A stretch of DNA of 64,000 nucleotides from Williopsis jadinii. Lineage: Eukaryota. The notes below the pieces were generated by a model, which ran no database searches, was not told where the DNA came from, and worked only from the letters and a program-made list of their open reading frames with translations. A program made the position numbers and the translations under genes. Where the stretch lies: the NCBI GenBank assembly GCA_024346625.1, contig AP024664.1, positions 2,294,001-2,358,000 of the forward strand. The letters run 5' to 3'. Position 1 is the first letter of the stretch; every line of letters begins with the position of its first letter. Below are positions 1-7,694 of this stretch, piece by piece.

Positions 1-328
1 AGCTTCGGCGCCGGTGAAATACCACTACCTTTATAGTTTTTTTACTTATTCAATTAGGCGGAACTGGATTTCACTATCCATTTTCTAGCATCAAGGTCTC
101 TCGCAGGCCGATCCGGGTTGAAGACATTGTCAGGTGGGGAGTTTGGCTGGGGCGGCACATCTGTTAAACGATAACGCAGGTGTCCTAAGGGGGACTCATG
201 GAGAACAGAAATCTCCAGTAGAACAAAAGGGTAAAAGTCCCCTTGATTTTGATTTTCAGTGTGAATACAAACCATGAAAGTGTGGCCTATCGATCCTTTA
301 GACCTTCGGAATTTGAAGCTAGAGGTGC

Positions 329-363
<35 letters not shown>

Positions 364-466
364 AGTCAAGCGTTCATAGCGACATTGCTTTTTGATTCTT
401 CGATGTCGGCTCTTCCTATCATACCGAAGCAGAATTCGGTAAGCGTTGGATTGTTCACCCACTAAT

Positions 467-521
<55 letters not shown>

Positions 522-924
522 ATGAATGTTGTCGCAATAGTAATTGAACTTAGTACGAGAGGAACCGTTCATTCAGATAATTGGTTTTTGCGGCTGTCTG
601 ATCAGGCATTGCCGCGACGCTACCATCTGCTGGATTATGGCTGAACGCCTCTAAGTCAGAATCCATGCTAGAACGCGACGATTTGCTTCCCTCACACATT
701 CTAGTTGGATAAGAATAAGGCGCTTCTGTGCCGCTGGACCGTAGCAGGCTGGCAACGGTGCTCTTAGCGGAAAGGCTTTGGGTGCTTGCCGGCGGATCGC
801 AATGTCATTGTGCGTGAGGATAAATCCTTTGTATACGACTTAAATGTGCAACGGGGTATTGTAAGCAGTAGAGTAGCCTTGTTGTTACGATCTGCTGAGA
901 TTAAGCCTCAGTTGTCTGATTTGT
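1..924 (+). rRNA. RDN25: 25S (LSU) rRNA, 3' part (truncated by window start)
   Basis: Conserved LSU 3' sequence including the sarcin-ricin loop AGTACGAGAGGAAC (~552-565); ends GTTGTCTGATTTGT like the yeast 25S 3' end. Confidence 0.98.
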
Positions 925-934
925 TGTTTCGGCA

Positions 935-974
935 ACTCTATTTTTTGCTGGCGGGTGCCAGCTGGGGATAGAGT
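935..974 (+). other. 3'ETS hairpin with NGNN tetraloop (candidate Rnt1/RNase III cleavage substrate); present after each complete 25S
   Basis: ACTCTAT-TTTTT-GCTGGC-[GGGT]-GCCAGC-TGGGG-ATAGAGT folds into a long stem with G.U pairs, starting 11 nt after the 25S end. Confidence 0.7.
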
Positions 975-1013
975 GTCACACAGTTGCCGTAGGCGACTGT
1001 GTATTTGTTTTGG

Positions 1014-1140
1014 TGACGGTAGGGTAATCTTTGGTGTGAGTGGTGTAGTTTTTGCTTTTTTGTCACGGGGTGTGTGGGTGTTGTGATGAAGATGGTCTCT
1101 GAGGTTTTATGACGGTAGGGTAACAGTTGGTGTGAGTGGT
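1014..1140 (+). terminator. Candidate Pol I terminator: two 31-bp direct repeats with a GGTAGGGTAA core amid T-rich tracts
   Basis: TGACGGTAGGGTAA(TCT/CAG)TTGGTGTGAGTGGT at 1014-1044 and 1110-1140, ~90 and ~186 nt after 25S; GGGTAA is the Reb1/Nsi1-family core. Confidence 0.55.
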
Positions 1141-1253
1141 TGAATTTTTTTTAATTTTTCACCAGAGCTCCCAGGAGGAATTTTTGTTTTTCGTGAGGGG
1201 AGGGGGTTTCCACCGGCTAGGCTGGGCTGGGCTTCCAGGCTGGGCTTAAAAAA

Positions 1254-1466
1254 GTTAGGCGGGTGGTCAGCCTAAAAAGCTAGGCGGGTGGGATAAGCCT
1301 AGAAAGCTAGGCGGGTGGTCAGCCTAAAAAGCTAGGCGGGTGGGATAAGCCTAGAAAGCTAGGCGGGTGGTCAGCCTAAAATGCTAGGCGGGTGGTCAGC
1401 CTAAAATGCTAGGCGGGTGGTCAGCCTAAAATGCTAGGCGGGATGGGCTTAAAATGTTAGGCGGGT
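1254..1466. repeat. IGS1 25/27-bp tandem hairpin array (7 units plus a variant unit)
   Basis: GCTAGGCGGGTGGTCAGCCTAAAA(A/T) and GCTAGGCGGGTGGGATAAGCCTAGAAA repeated in tandem. Confidence 0.95.
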
Positions 1467-2053
1467 CCACACTGGGGCACCACAGACACCAAGTCCAAAC
1501 ACTTAGGAAAGACACCCAGACCAGACCAAGACCAACCTATGGCTACACCAACAGATTCCCACAACGACAACCACGGGAAATGGGAATGTGGCCCCAAAGT
1601 GGGATTTTACCAAAACCGTTAGTATGGGGATCCCCCAGGCAGTGGGAATTTCCGGTTACGAGCGCTGGCGAGGATTTTCTAATTTTGCGAGAAGTGCGAC
1701 CATCCCTCCGCGCCTGCGCCGCTGCGGGATGGTCATAATGATTTAAAAAAACTAGGGGTATCCGGTTCCGCCCCCGTATATAGGTATATATATGTGTGTA
1801 GATGGGTGGGTGGTGGTGGTGGTTGACGGGGGGGGAGGGGGGTTTATATAGTTTTGGGTGGTGTTGGGTGGTCACGTGGGTCACGTGAGTGGTGTGCGGG
1901 TGGTGTGTGTGGTGTAAGGGTGTGCAGTCACCGGGCGGGTCACGTGGATGGTGTTAGGGCTGGTGTAGGCCACGGCCACCAGCCGGGTAGACTACCCCTT
2001 TTGGGACACCGGGTAGACTGCCCCTTTTGGGAAGCCGGTTACCCAACTTGGGT

Positions 2054-2061
2054 AAAAAAAA
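2054..2061 (-). terminator. Pol III oligo(dT) terminator of the 5S gene (all five units)
   Basis: A8 on + strand (T8 on -) at the 5S 3' end. Confidence 0.9.
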
Positions 2062-2181
2062 GATTGCAGCACCTGAGTTTCGCGTATGGTCACCCACTAC
2101 ACTACTCGATCAGGCTCTTAGCAGCTTAACTACAGTTGATCGGACGGGAAACGGTGCTTTCTGCTAGATATGGCCGCAACC
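2061..2181 (-). rRNA. RDN5: 5S rRNA
   Basis: Reverse complement reads GGTTGCGGCCATATCTAGCAGAAAGCACCG...CAGGTGCTGCAATCT, 121 nt. Confidence 0.98.
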
Positions 2182-2203
2182 GAAATGGAAGCGCGCGGGG
2201 GAG

Positions 2204-2281
2204 GTTACACTGCTTACACTGCTTACACCGCTTACTAAGCAGCTTACTAAGAACCGCTTACTAAGACACCGCTTACTAAGC
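2204..2281. repeat. GCTTAC / GCTTACTAAG(C) short repeats upstream of 5S
   Basis: TTACACTGC-type 9-mers x3, then GCTTACTAAG x4. Confidence 0.9.
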
Positions 2282-2384
2282 ACTGTGTAGATGTAGCAGG
2301 TGGGTGTAGGGGTAAGGTCCAGCGGGCCCAGGGCATCCAGGGGGCTGTCTATAGCGGGAGCTATAGGGCGCGTCGTACGTGGAC

Positions 2385-4380
2385 GTGTAGCAGGTGTGTA
2401 GTGAGTGTCCATTGGGGGCCTGGGTGTCCAGCGGGCGGTCATTTGGTGATGATTCAGGAGTGAACCAGCGGTGAGTTGATGTCCACGGGTGGCCAGCGGG
2501 CCTCCAGGGGACCTCCAGGGGGCCTCTAGGGGATGGATCGTGGTCTCTAAGGTGGGTCTAGCATGTTTACAGTACATAGATGTGTGGAAGATGTCCATTG
2601 GGTGTCTGATTGTTTACTCGGGGTCCATTTGGTGTTGATTCAGGGGTGAGTTGATGTCCATGGATGTCCAGGGATGTCCACGGGATGTCCAGCGGGCGTC
2701 CATAGGCCTCTAGGGGCGTCCGGTGGCTATATCGTGGTCTCCAGGGTCTGTCCAGGGTATTCCCAGCATGTAGTTGTGTAGAAGATGTCCATTGGGTGTC
2801 TGATTGTTTACTCCGTGTCCACTTGGTGATGATTCAGCGGCAGCGAGCGTTGAGGGGGCCTCTAGGGGCCTCCAACGGGAGCCTGGTGGATGGATCGTGG
2901 TCTCCAGTGTGTTCCCAGCTTGTAGATGTCCATTGCATGTCCAATAAGTGTTTGGTTGTTGACCCGCTGTCCATTTGGTGTTGATTCAGGGGCGAGATGA
3001 TGTTCACGGGGCATCCACAGACCTCTAGCAAGAGCCTGGTGGATGTATCGTGGTCTCCAGCGTCTGTCCAGGGTATTCCCAGTGTGTAGATGTCCATTGA
3101 GTGTCCATTGGTGGCCTTGTTGTTTACACGGTGTCCACTTGATGATGATTCAGCGGCAAGCGAACGTTGATGGAGCGTCCAACAAGCCTCTAGGGACCTC
3201 CAGCGGGAGCCTAGTCGATGCCTAGACATCCTTAGGTGGTCTCCAGCATCTTCCCTGTTTGTAGTTGTCCATTGAATGTCCATTGGTGGCCTTGTTGTTG
3301 ACACGGTGTCCACTTGGTGTTGATTCAGCGGCAAGCGAACGTCGACGAGGTGGCCACCAGGCATCCACAGACCTCTAGCAAGAGCCTGGTGGGTGGATTG
3401 TGGTCGCCAGGGTTGGTCTAGAGTATTTCCAGTGTGTTGATGTCCATTGAATGTCCAATAGATGGCTTGTTGTTTACCCGCCGCCCACTCGGTGATGTTT
3501 CAGCGGCGAGTTGATGTCCACAGTATGTCCACGGGGCAACCATAAGCCTCTAGCGACAGCCTGGTGGATGTATCACGGTCTCTAGCGTCTGTCCAGCGTA
3601 TTCCCAGCAAGTAGATGTCCAATTGGTGTCCATTGGTGGCCTTGTTGTTGACACGGTGTCCACTTGATGATGATTCAGCGGCAAGCGAACGTTGATGGGG
3701 CCTTCACGCGGCAAACATAAGCCTCTAGCGAACGTCCAGTGGATGGACCGTGGTCTCCAGTGTCTGTTTGGCATGTTCCCAGTACGTTGATGTCCAATTG
3801 GTGTCCATTGGTGGCCTTGTTGTTTACACGGTGTCCACTTGGTGTTGATTCAGCGGCGAGAAAACGTCGACGAGGTGGCCACCAGGCATCCACAGACCTC
3901 TAGCGATAGCCTGGTGGATGTATCGTGGTCTCCAGTGTCTGTTTGGCATGTGTCCAGTGTGTAGGTATCCATTGAATGTCCATTGGTGGCCTTGTTGTTT
4001 ACCCGCCGCCCACTCGGTGATGATTCAGCGGTGAGTTGATGTCCACAGTATGTCCACGGGGCAACCATAAGCCTCTAGCGACAGCCTGGTGGATGTATCG
4101 TGGTCTCTAGCGTCTGTCCAGGGTATTCCCAGCATGTAGTTGTCCAATTGGTGTCCATTGGTGGCCTTGTTGTTGACACGGTGTCCACTTGATGATGTTT
4201 CAGCGGCAAGCGAACGTTGATGGGGCCTTCACGCGGCAAACATAAGCCTCTAGCGACAGCCTGGTGGATGTATCGTGGCCTCAGGTTCTGTCCAGCATGT
4301 TTCCAATACATAGATGTCTAATTGGTGTCCATTGGGAACATCTTTGTTTACCCTCTACCCCCTTGATGTTCATTCAGGGA
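2385..4380. repeat. IGS2 ~175-bp diverged tandem array, ~12 copies
   Basis: Anchor (G/T/C)(A/T)TTCAG recurs at ~2451, 2637, 2831, 2983, 3147, 3322, 3497, 3672, 3847, 4022, 4197, 4371; ORF echoes at 175-bp spacing. Confidence 0.95.
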
Positions 4381-5518
4381 AAAGTTTTTTTTTTTTCGCA
4401 AATTCACCGGCGAGAAAACGCCCACGCGGTGGCCACCGGTTCAGGCATTAGCTCCGATCCAGGTAAAGTGGCCCCGCCAGCTTGGTGTCCAGCAGTAAAT
4501 TGGCGCAATTCGGGATCAACCACCCCCATGTGGGGCCCGGAGTTTGACACATCCTCTAATATCCGCAACACTTAAATGCTTCCAGAACTCCACACACACA
4601 TCCTACCACAACCAAAATCACTGTTCCACGCTCACAAAATTCACGCCTTTCCAATGAGACCAAAATACCCTGGTATTTCCACCATTTGGGTTTTTCATTC
4701 CATTATTTTACTGTTAACATCTACCCAAATTTTATAATCCGAAAAAGACTCACCTATTCTCGGAGATATCCTAAATTAATATATACTATATAATCCCATA
4801 ACTCGGGAACTAGCAGAGCTTTCGAGCTATAAACACCACTACTGGATAGCTACGCTCCAGAACTTACCACTGGGTTTAAGTTGTTTCCCGGTTTATGGGT
4901 GCCCATCTCCCTGGAAAGCAAAACATGGTTTTTAGAGGGCAACCTGCATTTTCTCGGCGAACCCCGGTTTGTTCCAACTTTATCAAAAGTGGGTCTTTCA
5001 TGGCCAAACTTGGGTCATATATTCACCTTCAGGAGTAGTACCTATGGTCCAACAGCCATGGATGGGTGCACTTTGCCCATTGTTCAGGAGGTATAAGTAC
5101 AAAATTACATGCATAAATGTTGATTTTTGGGTGCCGCCGAGCAACCGGAATTAACCAGAGATGATGCAAGATGATAGTACTGTGTCAGTTACACCACCTT
5201 GGCTTATTAGATCGGTCAAATTCATCGCGCGTGGTGGTGCAATTTGCGTTTAAAGGGTGTATAAAATGGCTTTTTGGTGTAAGGATGTTTGGGTGTTTGG
5301 ATGAAATGTTTGGATGTTTTGGCAGGGTGGTGGGGGCAGGTGGGGGGCATATAATTGGATATTTTGGGATGGGGGCGATATGTTTGGGGAGTTTTTGGTA
5401 TGGATCGGGAGGTTGGAGCGTGGTTTGAACCATTGGGCTTGTTGTGGTGTTTATGGCGTTTGTGCTGGGAGTGCGCTGGCTGTTACAAGTGTTGGGGTGG
5501 TCGGATCTGGCTTTCCGG

Positions 5519-5766
5519 GGTGTTGCCCGTTCCCGAAAAACAAAGTGGGGGCTTAACTATGGGCGCTTAACTATGGGCGCTTAACTATGGGAGATTCACT
5601 ATGAGACTTAACTATGGGATCTCTACTATGGGAGCTTCACTATAGGTGGTTAACTATGGGAGTTCCACTATAGGTGGTTAACTACGGGGATGGTAGGTGG
5701 TGTTGCCCGTTCCCGAAAAACAAACTGGGAGTTAACTATGGGCGTTAACTATGGGGTTCCACTATG
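5519..5766. repeat. ACTAT(G/A)GG micro-repeat block with a 26-bp direct repeat
   Basis: About 13 copies of (TTA/TTC/TCC)ACTA(T/C)...; GGTGTTGCCCGTTCCCGAAAAACAAA at 5519-5544 and 5699-5724. Confidence 0.9.
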
Positions 5767-5784
5767 AAGGTCTTTAATTTTTCC

Positions 5785-6318
5785 TGAAGTTATTCGCATC
5801 CATGAAAATCTATACTTTCAAGGGGTATTTAATTTTTGTTGATGTAGTGCGCGGCCCAAAAAATCTATAGAGGTTAAACTTTGGTGAAGTTATTCGCATC
5901 CATGAAAATCTATACTTCCAAGGGGTATTTAATTTTTGTTGATGTAGTGCGCGGCCCAAAAAATCTATAGAGGTTAAATTTTGGTGAAGTTACTCGCTTC
6001 CATGAAAATCTATACTTTCAAGGGGTATTTAATTTTTGTTGATGTAGTGCGCGGCCCAAAAAATCCATAGAGGTTAAATTTTGGTGAAGTTACTCGCTTC
6101 CATAAAAATCTATACTTCCAAGGGGTATTTAATTTTTGTTGATGTAGTGCGCGGCCCAAAAAAAATCTATAGAGGTTAAATTTTGGTGAAGTTACTCGCT
6201 TCCATAAAAATCTATACTTCCAAGGGGTATTTAATTTTTGTTGATGTAGTGCGCGGCCCAAAAAAAATCTATAGAGGTTAAATTTTGGTGATGTTATTCG
6301 CATCCATAAAAATCTATA
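5785..6318. repeat. 100-bp tandem array, 5.3 copies, upstream of the Pol I promoter
   Basis: TGAAGTTA(T/C)TCGC...GGGGTATTTAATTTTTGTTGATGTAGTGCGCGGCCCAAAAAA starting at 5785, 5885, 5985, 6085, 6187, with a partial copy at 6289. Confidence 0.97.
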
Positions 6319-6636
6319 GGGATTCCATATGGGAGTTCCATGGGGGTTCCATGGAAATCTTCAATTTTAGTGATGTGGCGCGCGATCTTGAAAATCTAAC
6401 TACAAGACTTGGTCTATATGGACTGTCTACAATAGATGTTTCCAGTAGATGCCCACCTTTTTGGTTGGGTTGCGCCCTGTTGAAAAATTCATTTGTAGGT
6501 GTTGATGTATAAAGTGTAAGAAGAACAAACCTCTCTAACAATCGACGAGAGGGTGGACTGAAAACCAAATCCATCGACGGTTGCCCTAAAATGAAAAATT
6601 TTTCACTGTTGCTCACACCGGAAAATTTTTTCCATG

Positions 6637-6724
6637 TTTGCGTCGCTTTTTTGTTGTGCTGCACGGACCGGAAAAATTTTTCATCTTTGCGTCCCTTTTT
6701 TGTTGTGCTGCACGGACCGAAAAA
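6637..6724. repeat. ~40-bp direct repeat (49-bp period) in the upstream promoter region
   Basis: TTTGCGTC(G/C)CTTTTTTGTTGTGCTGCACGGACCG twice. Confidence 0.9.
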
Positions 6725-6959
6725 TCTCACTTCCGGAACACTCTGAAACCGAATCTCAATTTCGGGACGGCCAACAACAAAATATGTGGCCTGTCCCAAA
6801 AACGCGTGGCCGAAATCTTGAAAATCCAAAATGTATGAGGCGAACCCAAAACATTGACGCAGGGTATATGCAGGCGGTAGACGGCGTTGGTATAGCTCTG
6901 AGACTACAGACGATTGAAGAATTCAAAATCCAGAAAACACAAGTCCACACCTGATCAGT

Positions 6960-7003
6960 CTTCCAAAGATGAAAGAGGCTCGGAGGTACTACATGTGGGA
7001 GCG
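6960..7003 (+). promoter_or_regulatory. RNA polymerase I core promoter / start site (+1 predicted at A6993; also 19258, 31637, 44905, 58196)
   Basis: GGAGGTACTAC-ATGTGGGAGC resembles the S. cerevisiae start GGAGGTACTTC-ATGCGAAAGC and gives a 702-nt 5'ETS. Confidence 0.8.
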
Positions 7004-7694
7004 TTTGGACGATTTGAAAAAGTCGTCTGGAGTGGCCCACAGGCCTTGTTGGACGGTGGTGAAGGTGCTAGTGTGGTCGCCAGACTGTGCTTGCCTTGTA
7101 CACCGTGTCGACATGGGCGGGGATGGGTTCGTTGGGCATTCGGTAAGTGAAGGGAGACTCTCCTTCCATCAACAACACCTTCTTTGCCCGTTCTGGGTTT
7201 AGGGAGAGACCATAGGGGGGGATCCTTTTTCTTTTGATGTTTTTCGGCCTACGCCTGAGCAGTCCCGTCTGGGAGTTCTTCCACGGGCGGGCACTGAGGG
7301 ATTTAGTGGACTACTAGCCTATGGCAAGTGTTGTAACTAGAATCCTGGGGGCATACCTGCCTGGATAACCGTAGCGATACGTGAGTCCAGGCGGCGTGAC
7401 CTCCTCTCAAGCCAGTGATGCTAAACCCGGGACGCATGAAACACGGCACTGGAGTTTAGCGGAGCCTGTGCTAGAGGAAATTTAAAGAGGGCTATATGGA
7501 TGTGTTCTGTTCCCTGCCTGGGTTCTCCAGGCCGGGGGCAAGCACCAGCAGTTCTAACGAACTACTGCTTACCACATAATATCTTCAGGGAGAACTTCTC
7601 CCGCTGGGAACGGGGGCGGACCCGGCTCTAGGCAGCGTAGGCACACCGGCCTAGTCAGCTCCGCCTAGACGACACCCCCTAACCAAAGGATAGT
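6993..7694 (+). other. 5' external transcribed spacer
   Basis: Lies between the predicted start site and 18S; ends GATAGT|TATCTGG like the yeast A1 site. Confidence 0.8.

Noticed and set aside
54..275. RRT15-like antisense ORF (MVCIHTENQNQG...) and its copies in each unit
   Set aside because: Antisense to conserved 25S; similarity to yeast database entries is forced by rRNA sequence, and there is no independent coding evidence
1800..1975. TG-rich tract as an interstitial telomere
   Set aside because: There is no regular tandem telomeric unit, only irregular GGT/GT-rich sequence; single motifs are noted under findings
2385..4380. CRISPR-like interpretation of the IGS arrays (175-bp, 100-bp and 25/27-bp hairpins)
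   Set aside because: There are no unique spacers between identical repeats; whole monomers are homologous, the context is eukaryotic rDNA, and no cas genes are present
4385..4396. T-run length variation (12, 11, 11, 8, 9) and other homopolymer differences between units
   Set aside because: Homopolymer lengths are unreliable in long-read assemblies and cannot be interpreted without reads
2164..4575. Many 60-176-aa ORFs on both strands in IGS2
   Set aside because: They are translations of the 175-bp repeat. The period is not a multiple of 3, so frames rotate, and I recognise no domain
5726..5741. GGGAGTTAACTATGG resembling 25S GGGAGTAACTATGAC next to the I-PpoI target
   Set aside because: A short match inside a low-complexity micro-repeat that lacks the CTCTTAAGGTAGC half; probably chance
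6314..6954. 171-aa and 106-aa ORFs across the Pol I promoter region
   Set aside because: Low-complexity F/K-rich translations of A/T tracts on overlapping frames with no recognisable fold; identity across units reflects concerted evolution
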